DNA from: an uncultured virus (IMG/VR IMGVR_UViG_3300025922_000012)
Taxonomy: Duplodnaviria; Heunggongvirae; Uroviricota; Caudoviricetes
Strand: one strand, 5' to 3'
Length of the DNA: 64,000 nt
IMG/VR virus record: IMGVR_UViG_3300025922_000012
Shown here: positions 19,388 through 28,391 of the stretch, in pieces
Layout: every line of letters starts with the position of its first letter
How positions within the stretch are numbered: position 1 is the first letter of the stretch
The notes under the pieces: model-generated
What the model saw: the letters and a program-made list of their open reading frames with translations, nothing else
What the model was told of the DNA's origin: nothing
Database searches by the model: none
Position numbers and translations under genes: made by a program

Positions 19388-19893
19388 TACCTATGCGCCG
19401 ATATAAGAAAGCCGCCAAATACACGCGCCACGGGATGTACGGAACGCCTGAATACACAGCATGGATCGACATGTGCTACCGCTGTAGCGATGCCGATGGC
19501 AATACCGACTATCACCTGTACGGTGGCAGAGGAATCAAGGTTTGCGACAGATGGAGACGGTCGTTCCTTGACTTCTTGGCTGATATGGGTCCACGGCCAC
19601 CGAAGCACACCATTGATCGGATTGACAACAACGGAAACTACGAGCCCGGCAACTGCCGATGGGCCACGACGCATCAGCAGGCGCGCAACCGTCGTGACAA
19701 CAGCCGTTATACCTATCAAGGGCGAACGCTGTGCTTGGTCGAATGGGCAGAATCGACTGGGATTCATCCGCAGACTCTTGCCCGACGACTCTGGCGAGGA
19801 TGGCCCTTTGACAAGGCCATCACAACACCGCTTAGAAGAACGAGTCTCACTCGCCACGGCGATCCTATCCTTTCGGAACAACGACCGGAGTAG
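19381..19893 (+). CDS. HNH-family homing endonuclease, antisense to late operon
   Basis: YGGRGIKVCDRW...TIDRIDNNGNYEPGNCRWAT..QARNRR motif with C-terminal HTH. Confidence 0.85.
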   Translation: MALPMRRYKKAAKYTRHGMYGTPEYTAWIDMCYRCSDADGNTDYHLYGGRGIKVCDRWRRSFLDFLADMGPRPPKHTIDRIDNNGNYEPGNCRWATTHQQARNRRDNSRYTYQGRTLCLVEWAESTGIHPQTLARRLWRGWPFDKAITTPLRRTSLTRHGDPILSEQRPE

Positions 19894-20089
19894 TTTTCGA
19901 CGGCTTGGCCTGCGGCTGTTCAGCGGCTTGCGCCGATGGAGCGGTTTGTGGACCCGGGTTGTTCGACGGCTTCAACTTGTTCACCGTCGCCCCAAGGTTC
20001 CCCATGTTCGTCATCAGATCCACCGATCCGCCTGCGGCCTTCGTGGACGTATCGAGCTTCAGCCCGTTCACCCGTGACTTGTACGCCAT
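19865..20089 (-). CDS. Small hypothetical protein
   Basis: AAGGAG SD before MAYKSRVNG. Confidence 0.6.
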   Translation of the reverse strand: MAYKSRVNGLKLDTSTKAAGGSVDLMTNMGNLGATVNKLKPSNNPGPQTAPSAQAAEQPQAKPSKTTPVVVPKG

Positions 20090-20124
20090 TGCGAATCTCC
20101 TTCGGTACGAATCAATCCAACGCA

Positions 20125-21165
20125 TCAAAAATTCAAAAGATGGGAACTGATGTAGTTTGCGTCTACTGGGAACGGAACGCCCATGCCAGTTCCGCCTCTC
20201 AATCCGTGCCCACGCGAGAACACCGTCTGAAGCGCCATGCCGTCATCGGTCTTCTTGGTTCTCGTCAACGCTTCCGCATACTGCGCGCGTGCCGTCTGGA
20301 TCAACGCCTGCCAGTTGACGCCCTTCATAGTCGGAAAGTTGGCCGTGTTAGCTTGCGCGAAGCTATACGCGTACCACCCGTACGCCCGATTCAGGATCAG
20401 ATCGTCGTCAATGATCGACGGTTGCGCCGACTGCGGCGACGACAGATCCCATCCCTGCTGCATGAACCGCGCGTAGAAACTTCTCCCGGACGTGGGAGCC
20501 GGCCACAACTCGTAAATCGGCGATCCTTGCTCCACGTTCGGATCCGCCGTATTGCTGTTCCCGTACGGCCCTGCCGCGCGAAAGAACCCGCAGTAATAGG
20601 CATCTCCCTGCGAGGTACGCTGCGGATCCGCAACGTCGAAGTTCCCTGAGGTCCAGTTCAACTTCAACTTGAACCCGTAGGTCATATCGACGATCTGTTC
20701 CCACGCCTTGAAGTTGCTCTGCGGCGGCGTCACGTAGCAGCGGTAGCACTGGTAGGTCGAAACCGTGTTCGTCGGTTCGATCACTATCCGATCCAACGTC
20801 AGGACGAGCGCCGCTGGCACCGTCGCATCCACCGCCATGATCCGGTAAATCTGCCCAGCCGTCAGCGTGTTCGATCCCCCGAAGCGGATCTGCATCTGGG
20901 TCAGGAGGGGCGTTCCGGCAATGTAGGGCGTGAGCGCCGCAGACGCCGTGGCGTCCAACGTCACCGTCGAAGCGTACTGGACGATGGAAATGGTCCCCGA
21001 CGTGATCATGGCAGGGCAGACAATCGCCCCATCGACCATGAGGAAACTCCAGCGCCGTTCCCGCTGAATGTCGGCCCATGCCCGCAAAACGTATTTTCGA
21101 GCGAGGATCGAACTGAGGCCGGGAAGCGTCCCGCTCAATTCACCGATCATGTCGAGGAGTGCCAC
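20125..21165 (-). CDS. Head-tail adaptor protein
   Basis: YVLRAWADIQRERRWSFL and YELWPAP motifs; follows capsid genes. Confidence 0.7.
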   Translation of the reverse strand: MALLDMIGELSGTLPGLSSILARKYVLRAWADIQRERRWSFLMVDGAIVCPAMITSGTISIVQYASTVTLDATASAALTPYIAGTPLLTQMQIRFGGSNTLTAGQIYRIMAVDATVPAALVLTLDRIVIEPTNTVSTYQCYRCYVTPPQSNFKAWEQIVDMTYGFKLKLNWTSGNFDVADPQRTSQGDAYYCGFFRAAGPYGNSNTADPNVEQGSPIYELWPAPTSGRSFYARFMQQGWDLSSPQSAQPSIIDDDLILNRAYGWYAYSFAQANTANFPTMKGVNWQALIQTARAQYAEALTRTKKTDDGMALQTVFSRGHGLRGGTGMGVPFPVDANYISSHLLNF

Positions 21166-21217
21166 CGGATGCGTCTCCTGCCGCCGTGCGGCATCTGCCC
21201 CCGGTGGCGATGAGGAA

Positions 21218-21580
21218 TTAGTAGCGACCTACGGCGAACAGTCGCACCGTCTCGCCGCTCAGATCAATGGCTCCGGCTTCCACACCCGTAGAAACCACCG
21301 TCCACTTCAGTTTCCACGAGGTTGCGTGCGCGGCCTGTTTGTTCGTGGAGGGATTGCCGTCCGGAGCTACGCCCACGACCGAATAGAGGCCGCTGTCCGA
21401 GAACCCCACCGGAATCACGGCATCGAAGTACTTGATCCCGGCTTCGACCGCATTCACGGTGTCGCCACCGGCTACGGGATCCCGCGTCAGCGCCGCATAC
21501 AGGACTGGCCCCGTGTGGGCGAAAACGGTTCCACGATGACCGCCGAAAGAATCCGGGTAGTCTGCGAGCACATTACTCAT
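21218..21580 (-). CDS. Putative capsid decoration / minor structural protein
   Basis: EAGAIDLSGETVRLFAVG C-terminus; position after MCP. Confidence 0.55.
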   Translation of the reverse strand: MSNVLADYPDSFGGHRGTVFAHTGPVLYAALTRDPVAGGDTVNAVEAGIKYFDAVIPVGFSDSGLYSVVGVAPDGNPSTNKQAAHATSWKLKWTVVSTGVEAGAIDLSGETVRLFAVGRY

Positions 21581-21589
21581 CGGATCCCT

Positions 21590-22264
21590 CTACTGCCCAC
21601 GGAAGTGAACGAGCACGCCCGGTGAGTTCACGACGTTCGCCGCCGCATCGCCGACCAGCGTCACGGTCAGGAGCAGTTGCCGCAAATCCGTCTTAAACGC
21701 CAACGTCCCCGTAGCCGGCGTGAACCGCACCGAATAGAACGATCCCGCCGTCAAGGTATTGACATTGAACGTCGCCGCCGTGGGGGTAATCGTCATCGTC
21801 CCAGAATCCGCCCGAACAGGTGTCACCGTCGAAGCCGATTCTCCCGAGGCCGGCGTCGGATAGGCGATGTAACTGAACACGATGCTGGAGTTCAAGGTGC
21901 CAGAGGCGAGCACGGCCGACTGCGTGCCGAGGCCCGCCGTGGTCGGCGCATACATGAACACCGCATCCGTGATCACGATCCCGTTGCCGGTCGTGATGAT
22001 CGTGTTCGGCGGCGTGATGTTGCAAATGAACGTAAAGGTGCTGGCCCCAGCCGAGGTCTGATTCTGCACAACCGGCGTATTCGAGGCCCCGGAAACCGTC
22101 AGCCCCTGCGTCCCTGTTGGCGTGCCGGACACCGCTCGATTGCACGCGCCCGGAGGCACCCAATACACGTAGGGGTTGGTGTTGCTGTACCCCTGCGCGA
22201 ACGCGGGGAGGGCGGCACAGAGCGCCAGCCCCGTGAGCATGATGAGTCGTGACCAGAAGCGCAT
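21590..22264 (-). CDS. Beta-rich protein with Sec signal peptide among capsid decoration genes
   Basis: GAGGAG SD then MRFWSRLIMLTGLALCAALPAFA-Q; Thr/Ser-rich mature part with two Cys. Confidence 0.75.
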   Translation of the reverse strand: MRFWSRLIMLTGLALCAALPAFAQGYSNTNPYVYWVPPGACNRAVSGTPTGTQGLTVSGASNTPVVQNQTSAGASTFTFICNITPPNTIITTGNGIVITDAVFMYAPTTAGLGTQSAVLASGTLNSSIVFSYIAYPTPASGESASTVTPVRADSGTMTITPTAATFNVNTLTAGSFYSVRFTPATGTLAFKTDLRQLLLTVTLVGDAAANVVNSPGVLVHFRGQ

Positions 22265-22295
22265 GATGTTCGATCTCCTCAAAGATGCGTACGAC

Positions 22296-22943
22296 TCATC
22301 CAATCAGATTGTGGAAGCCCAGCGTCACGGGCGAGAGCGTCAACGCGGTCGGAGCCACCGCTGCGGCGATCCCGAGATACCGCGCCTGCATCAGACTCAC
22401 ATCGCCGAACTCGGCTGGATCCGCCGTGTTGAGCACGTCGGCCAACCCTTCGTCAGCCCCATCTCCAGCGCCCGCCGCGTAGACGCGCGATCCGATGGCT
22501 CCAGCGGAGGTCAGCGTGGTGCGGAACTTCACCGGCACCAACCCGGCGTCCTGGATGAAGCAGTAGTTCCCCGCCGTGGGGATCGAGATGAAGATCCCGG
22601 CGATCAGGATCGCGTTGTCCACCGACGACAGATCCTCTTCACGGGTGATCTGGAACGCCGTCTGCCAACTCGTCACCGTCGTATCCCAGAACGCGATCTG
22701 GCCGACGACTGGAGCCGGGGTATCCGCCGACCGATACCGCACGTAGCGATACCCGCCGCCGTAGAGCGTGCCCACCGACGTGTTGAAGATGATCTGCGAT
22801 GGATCCAACCAAATCTGTTTCCCGAGCTGGCCCTGCGTCGAAGAGAGCCCCGCCGTGCCGGATCCCACCGGCGTCCCGGCGACGACGGAATCGTTGACCT
22901 GATTGATCGGGCCGTTGATGCGAATGATGTCGGACGAATACAT
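22296..22943 (-). CDS. Capsid cement / decoration protein
   Basis: YRYVRY...GQIAFWD...AGNYCFIQDAG pattern; immediately after MCP; GAGGAG SD. Confidence 0.7.
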   Translation of the reverse strand: MYSSDIIRINGPINQVNDSVVAGTPVGSGTAGLSSTQGQLGKQIWLDPSQIIFNTSVGTLYGGGYRYVRYRSADTPAPVVGQIAFWDTTVTSWQTAFQITREEDLSSVDNAILIAGIFISIPTAGNYCFIQDAGLVPVKFRTTLTSAGAIGSRVYAAGAGDGADEGLADVLNTADPAEFGDVSLMQARYLGIAAAVAPTALTLSPVTLGFHNLIG

Positions 22944-22974
22944 GACTGTGCTCCTCGATCAGTTCAGGAACGGC

Positions 22975-24084
22975 CTATGACTCTTGGATCCCGTAGAACT
23001 GCTTGCTGCTCCACGGCGACAGGTTCTGCACGTTGCACATCATCTTCAACTGGCCGACGACGCGCGTATTCAACTGCGTCGGCACGAAGCCGCTGAAGCC
23101 GCCGCCGTACTGTTCGGAATCCGAGATCCTGAACAGGTAATCGAACGTGTTGTAGAAGCAGAACACGCCGCCGACCGTGACGGTCGTATTCGCCGGAAGC
23201 CCTGACTGCGTGGACGGCGATGCGCCGATGGCGATTGTTCCGGTCGCCCACGATCCGAGCACCGGATCCGTCCCGCCGTAGCGTGACGACGGGAAGTAGT
23301 CGTCCTTCAGAATCATCGCGTTATTGAACCGGAATCCAGTCACGCCCCACACCGGATCCCGCTCCTGCTGGAACCGCTGCTGCACGACCATCTGGCTCTT
23401 GATCTGCGCGATGACGCCCTTGTTGCCGACGCCAAGGTTCGGCTCCTTGTTGCCACGGCACGCATCCTGGTAGCCGAGTTCGAGGAGTGGATACGACGGA
23501 ATGCCGGGGTTGCCGGCCGCGTCACCGCACCACTGCGGGACCGAGTTGATGGCCGATCCGATCGCGCCGTTGCGCGTCAGACCACCGTAGGTCGTGTAGA
23601 TCGTGCCGTCCCACGACGGATCCACACCGTTGTTCAGGATCTCGGCGTCACCGTTGATCGCCAGCGAGCGCGTGCCCTGACCGGACTGCTGCGAGGCCAC
23701 GGCGACAATCGCATTCAGCGTGTCCACGCCGTTCTGCATGTCGGCATCGAGCACCTGAGCCACCGCAAGCTCGCCCTTGTTGATGACGTTGATTTCTTCG
23801 AGGTATTCCGGAATCGAGACGTAGACATACCGCGCGTTGAACTGCAACGCCGTCAGCGTCTGCCGCTTCGTCAGGTTGAAGTTCGATCCCGGCGCGTAGA
23901 AGCCGCCGATCATCGGCGCATACCGAATCGGCGACTGCATGAACAGCCCGCCCGTGAACGGCACGAGGCAGTGATCACGGAAGTACGCCAACTTCGGAGT
24001 TGCGAGAAAGAAGTTATCTGTCACCACCCGAGGGAAGATCTCGAAGAGGGTCACGCTGTTGAGTTCAGCGACGGCTGGATCCAC
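22975..24084 (-). CDS. Major capsid protein
   Basis: 369 aa after scaffold; TDNFFLATPKLAYFR, GFRFNNAMILKDDYFP; strong AAGGAG SD; strong codon bias. Confidence 0.85.
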   Translation of the reverse strand: MDPAVAELNSVTLFEIFPRVVTDNFFLATPKLAYFRDHCLVPFTGGLFMQSPIRYAPMIGGFYAPGSNFNLTKRQTLTALQFNARYVYVSIPEYLEEINVINKGELAVAQVLDADMQNGVDTLNAIVAVASQQSGQGTRSLAINGDAEILNNGVDPSWDGTIYTTYGGLTRNGAIGSAINSVPQWCGDAAGNPGIPSYPLLELGYQDACRGNKEPNLGVGNKGVIAQIKSQMVVQQRFQQERDPVWGVTGFRFNNAMILKDDYFPSSRYGGTDPVLGSWATGTIAIGASPSTQSGLPANTTVTVGGVFCFYNTFDYLFRISDSEQYGGGFSGFVPTQLNTRVVGQLKMMCNVQNLSPWSSKQFYGIQES

Positions 24085-24136
24085 TGTCGTTCTCCTTAAC
24101 TATTGACCGCTTCGAGAGATAAGACCGAGTGGCGCA

Positions 24137-25030
24137 CTACTTCGCCGCGCCAGCCGTCTCACGATACTTGCCGGTTGCCAACGCTTGCGCTGCTGTACGA
24201 ATCCCTGTCTCGGCGGCGGGCCGTTGCAACTTGGACTTGTGTTCTTCGCCGCCGACACCGCGAAGCACGGCTGACCGCTGACCACCAGACGGCGGGATCG
24301 GCAACGCCGCTTCACTGCGGGCGCGCTCTGCGCCGCGTGCTTCGGCCTGCGTGATTTCCAGCGCCCGCGCTTCTTGGGTCTTCGTTTCGCGGATCTTGGG
24401 GATGTCGTTCGTCTCTTCCCAGATGGCCCGTGGATCGAGGTTCGCGCCCTTGACGCCTGCGCGTTTCTGGATCTCTTGCCGGAGCGCCCGCGTGTCCAGC
24501 CGCTTGCCGGTGAGTTCCAGATGTTCGGCGGCGATCATCGGAAGTTCCAGCGAAAGGTTGAACATGTACTCGGACATCGTGCCGAATTGCTCCACGCCGA
24601 CGAACTTCGAGGTGTCGATCGGATCCACCTTGAGTTCCTCTTTCTTCGGCGGGGTCTGATCGATCCCTTCGAGGGCCTTCTGCGGATCCAACCCGGCATC
24701 GGTGGCAATTTTTGTCACCCGCTGCGTGAGGGCCAGCACCTTCTGTTCGGTGGCGTTCAGGGAGTCGCGGAGTTTCGTCGCCGCTTCCTTCTCGGAGGCC
24801 GAGAGAGACGCCCATTCGGCGGCTTCCGCGTCCAACTTCGCCGACGCATCGGTGAGCTTCTTCTGCTCCGCTTTCAGGCCATCGGCCATCTTGGAGTAGT
24901 CGGATTGGCGGAGTTGGTTCTTTTCGAGGAGGGTGAGTCGTTCCGGCGTCCCGAGAGCTTTTTCGAGGATCGCTTCCTCTTCCGGTGTCGCGCCCAGATC
25001 CTTGAGGAACTCTTTCAGTGCGAATGCCAT
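24137..25030 (-). CDS. Capsid scaffolding protein
   Basis: Charged coiled coil with LRQSDYSKM motif; directly upstream of MCP. Confidence 0.75.
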   Translation of the reverse strand: MAFALKEFLKDLGATPEEEAILEKALGTPERLTLLEKNQLRQSDYSKMADGLKAEQKKLTDASAKLDAEAAEWASLSASEKEAATKLRDSLNATEQKVLALTQRVTKIATDAGLDPQKALEGIDQTPPKKEELKVDPIDTSKFVGVEQFGTMSEYMFNLSLELPMIAAEHLELTGKRLDTRALRQEIQKRAGVKGANLDPRAIWEETNDIPKIRETKTQEARALEITQAEARGAERARSEAALPIPPSGGQRSAVLRGVGGEEHKSKLQRPAAETGIRTAAQALATGKYRETAGAAK

Positions 25031-25047
25031 TGTCTGTGCCCCTATGC

Positions 25048-25124
25048 CCTTCCCACGGTGATCGCCGTGGGGTCCAGGTTGAGAGCCTGATCATCCTTCC
25101 CACGCTGATCGGCGTGGGGTCCAG
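25048..25124. repeat. Two 30-nt direct repeats, each a hairpin with GATC in the loop and a compensatory base pair
   Basis: ccttcccacgGtgatcgCcgtggggtccag (25048-25077) vs ccttcccacgCtgatcgGcgtggggtccag (25095-25124). Confidence 0.9.
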
Positions 25125-25161
25125 AGATGCTCAGACAGTTACGGGTTGAGGTCATGCGTTC

Positions 25162-25467
25162 CTACTGAGGATTCGGACCCATTGAAGCTCCGGTGGGAAC
25201 GGCCGATCCGCTGGCCGTCGTCGTCGGAGCCTGTTGCGCCACTTTCACAATCACTTGTTTCAGCAACGCCTTGATCTGCGACACTTCCTGCGCCGCGTTC
25301 GGGAAGTCGGCGGCAATCGCGTCTACCTGCGTACCGAGATCCCGAATCTGCCCCGCTAAGGATTCGAGTTGCGCCCGAACCTCGTCAGCCCCTTGGCCCT
25401 GTCCCCCGCTCAGGAGAGTCCCGATGGCGGATGAGGGCGAAGCCGCCGACGCCAGCGGAGCCGGCAT
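25162..25467 (-). CDS. Small helical head-module protein
   Basis: Between portal and scaffold. Confidence 0.6.
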   Translation of the reverse strand: MPAPLASAASPSSAIGTLLSGGQGQGADEVRAQLESLAGQIRDLGTQVDAIAADFPNAAQEVSQIKALLKQVIVKVAQQAPTTTASGSAVPTGASMGPNPQ

Positions 25468-25599
25468 TTACCGACCCTTGGAACGTGAGGCTTTCCGACC
25501 CTTGCCCCGTCCGAAGACGGGCTTCATGGTCGAAGCCACCGAGGTCTTACCCGTGGTGGCGACATTCACGCCTGGACTGTTGCTCTTGGATTTCCGCAT
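25468..25599 (-). CDS. 43-aa basic protein
   Basis: MRKSKSNSPG...GRGKGRKASRSKGR; abuts next start. Confidence 0.55.
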   Translation of the reverse strand: MRKSKSNSPGVNVATTGKTSVASTMKPVFGRGKGRKASRSKGR

Positions 25600-25680
25600 G
25601 GGCAAGAGAGTGCGGCCAGAGTAGGTCACACCGCAATGCGCGTGGTACAGCGATTGATTGGGATTGATTGGCGCGGAAAA

Positions 25681-25881
25681 CTATTCGACTGGGATCGGAC
25701 GGGCTACGCGAATGGCCGCGCGAGGGATTCGGACTGCTCGCCCGATCCGCACAACGGCCAAGGTACCGTCTTTGAGCATCCGATAGATCGTCTTTTCGTG
25801 AAGCTGCGTCAACAGGGCAAACTGCTCAACCGTCAGCAATTCTTGCTGCTTGGCAACGTCGATCTGTTCCTTGATCGTCAT
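25681..25881 (-). CDS. Excisionase-like HTH (HTH_17) DNA-binding protein
   Basis: LLTVEQFALLTQLHEKTIYRMLKDGTLAVVRIGRAVRIP. Confidence 0.85.
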   Translation of the reverse strand: MTIKEQIDVAKQQELLTVEQFALLTQLHEKTIYRMLKDGTLAVVRIGRAVRIPRAAIRVARPIPVE

Positions 25882-26123
25882 GCCGTGAGCGCCCTGTTGA
25901 GGATGTCGTTCAGCGTGTCAATCGCATCGGAGATCCCGGTCGCCTTGAGAATCCGTTCGCTTCGGATCCGTTGCATATACCGGCGTACCTGATGCTTTGA
26001 TAATCCAGCCGACCTTAAACGAGCGCGGAACGACCACTCCTTGTAATCGGCGGCGTCCATCTCCCACCGCTCAACGGTGAAGACAGTCACATCGTAATAA
26101 TGCGGAGTGAACGTCAGGGTCAT
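25878..26123 (-). CDS. Hypothetical protein
   Basis: ATGA-coupled to portal stop and to HTH gene. Confidence 0.5.
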   Translation of the reverse strand: MTLTFTPHYYDVTVFTVERWEMDAADYKEWSFRARLRSAGLSKHQVRRYMQRIRSERILKATGISDAIDTLNDILNRALTA

Positions 26124-28174
26124 GACGTGGTAATCGTGCTCCGAGCCCCGCCGTCCTTCGACTGGATCTGGGGCGGCTTCTGGAATGAGCCGGGTCGGCC
26201 TTCGGGACCGCCACCAAGGTCCGGAGCCGCCTGAGTACCACCTGTCGCGGCCTGCATCTGTTGGGCGAGTTCCACCTGAAGTTCCATCGTCATGCGCTGC
26301 TCTGCCAACCACCGTTCAAATTCGGTATTTGTGCCCTTCGGGGGTGGGCCGTAGTTCGGCACTCTGGCGATCTTGGCGAGCGTGTAATTCGACAGCGGGA
26401 AGCCGATCTTTTTCAGTTGGACATAGAGCAGGGTTTGACTCATCCGTGCCAACTCGGAAATTCCGGACTCCGAGACTTCGTACCTGTAGTCGTCCAAGTA
26501 CGCACGCGCCTTCGCCGATCGCGCTTCCGGCGTGTCTCCAGTGGTGTACGGTACCAGTTTCTCAGGCACGTACTTAACGGCCTTCAACATCTCGGCCGCA
26601 TCAGGGTCCGCGATCCGAATCATGCGCTGGCGGGTGTAGAACTGGAAGTACATCGACTTCCGCCACTCGCCGATTTCAGTCAATGGCTTGACGAGCGCCC
26701 CTACCATGTCTTGCACAATGGGGCCGGCCATCTCCATCAACTTTTCAAGCGTGTCTGAACTTGGGATCTGACGCGCTTTGGCGACGGCGATCAGATCCTG
26801 GACGGACGTGATCTTTTCGATCCGTTCTTCTTGCTGACGAATGAATCCGCCTTCGCCGCCGATCCACTGCGGCACGTCGTAGTAGGTCGGTGGGAACGGG
26901 TATTCGATCGGCGCTCCCTGCGAGAGATCCGCCGCCGCACGAACGCCAGCCTTGCGAGGGTTGAACGCTTCAGCCCATGCTCGATCGACGCGCGCATCAT
27001 CGAAGATGGCCGGAGGATCCAGTCTCGCCGCCGCTGAATCTTCAATGCTCCGCATCAGCGTGACAACCCCGTCCTGCATCGTGACGGCATCGCCCATCTG
27101 CGAGGATCCGAGAGCTTCCCACGGGCGATCGTTGAACCGAAGACGCGAGAGTGGCGTAGCGCCGTGCCACCACGGACTTGAGCCGTCGTAGGCGATCCCC
27201 GTGCGCGAGAAGACCGTTAATCGACGGAGTGGGAACATCATGCAATCTTCAGGAGTCGCCGGCAGGGTCCATTGCGCGCCGGTTGCCGGGTTGATGATGC
27301 CTTGCGGGATCGGATCCCCGAGGGCCGGCACCGTATAGCTCCAGTTCGTACCCATCGCGCCCATCTTGACCGGCTCCGCGTGCGGATTCACGGATCCGTC
27401 GAGCGTGTAGGCTTGCCAGATGTTCACCGTGGGAGCCGAGTCATTGCCTTTTCGGCCCGGTCCTGTTCCGGACGTGCGAAGGGCTGCGCTGATGAATCCC
27501 TGAACCCGATCAAGCCCCTTCTGGATAAGGCTCATGCTGTCGCCGTCTGCGACTAAGGCGTTCGCAAACGAGGGATTCCACGCGTACATGCGCTTCGCCA
27601 GTTGCAGCGGGAGGGTTTCTCGAATCAGCACCACGTAGGCTTGCTGAATATCGTGAGTCCGTGGCATCTGCACGAACGTCACGTCGTTGGGATCAATGGC
27701 CCGCAGACGAATGTCACCGCGTCCAGCGCCCCACCGTGACTTGTCCCAATCCTGGTAGAAGTATCCGGTGCCCGTCGCAAGCGCGTACCCGAGTACGTCT
27801 CGGATCACGAGGTTGGAGAACGTCACCCGCTCCCAATGCCGATCCAGATTCGTCAACAGGTGCGCGCGATCGAAGTGCTCCTGCGCGTCGTCTTCAGTGG
27901 GAACGATCTCGCCCGCGTGTTTGAAATTGGAGAGCGTGGCGCGAATTTGGCTGTAATCGTATCTGACGAGGTTGAACCCGACGTTGCTCTGATTGACGAC
28001 GGTGTTTCCACCGCCGCCGTAGAGCGGCCCGAGCACTTCGAGCACCTTCGCCCATTCCTGCGTCGGCTTCTGCGCGCTCAGCCACGCCCTGCCCTCGGAT
28101 TCGGCGTCCAAAAACCAGCCCAATAGCCGATCTGCGGGAAGTCCGAAGGCTGGGATCTCGTAGCTCGATGCCAT
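26120..28174 (-). CDS. Portal protein
   Basis: 684 aa between terminase and scaffold; YALATGTGYF...IRLRAIDPNDV pattern of podovirus portals. Confidence 0.8.
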   Translation of the reverse strand: MASSYEIPAFGLPADRLLGWFLDAESEGRAWLSAQKPTQEWAKVLEVLGPLYGGGGNTVVNQSNVGFNLVRYDYSQIRATLSNFKHAGEIVPTEDDAQEHFDRAHLLTNLDRHWERVTFSNLVIRDVLGYALATGTGYFYQDWDKSRWGAGRGDIRLRAIDPNDVTFVQMPRTHDIQQAYVVLIRETLPLQLAKRMYAWNPSFANALVADGDSMSLIQKGLDRVQGFISAALRTSGTGPGRKGNDSAPTVNIWQAYTLDGSVNPHAEPVKMGAMGTNWSYTVPALGDPIPQGIINPATGAQWTLPATPEDCMMFPLRRLTVFSRTGIAYDGSSPWWHGATPLSRLRFNDRPWEALGSSQMGDAVTMQDGVVTLMRSIEDSAAARLDPPAIFDDARVDRAWAEAFNPRKAGVRAAADLSQGAPIEYPFPPTYYDVPQWIGGEGGFIRQQEERIEKITSVQDLIAVAKARQIPSSDTLEKLMEMAGPIVQDMVGALVKPLTEIGEWRKSMYFQFYTRQRMIRIADPDAAEMLKAVKYVPEKLVPYTTGDTPEARSAKARAYLDDYRYEVSESGISELARMSQTLLYVQLKKIGFPLSNYTLAKIARVPNYGPPPKGTNTEFERWLAEQRMTMELQVELAQQMQAATGGTQAAPDLGGGPEGRPGSFQKPPQIQSKDGGARSTITTS

Positions 28175-28178
28175 CTAA

Positions 28179-28391
28179 CTATTCCAATCCTGCGGCGCGG
28201 AGTTGCTTGCGCGGAAAGCGGTACAACTTCACAAGTTCGCTGCCCCACTCTTCCCAGATCGGACGGAAGTTATAGATCTCGGCTTCAGTCAGCGGTGGAA
28301 GGGCTCGCGCTTTCAGGATCGCATCAATGGCGTGGAGCAGTTCCGTGCCTTTGTTGACGACGATTTCCTGCTGCGCGGCCAAGGCTGTCAT
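28179..28391 (-). CDS. Hypothetical protein
   Basis: Coupled ORF. Confidence 0.5.
   Translation of the reverse strand: MTALAAQQEIVVNKGTELLHAIDAILKARALPPLTEAEIYNFRPIWEEWGSELVKLYRFPRKQLRAAGLE

Noticed and set aside
25048..25124. Mini CRISPR array
   Set aside because: Only two repeats, a 17-nt spacer and no cas operon; a regulatory hairpin fits better
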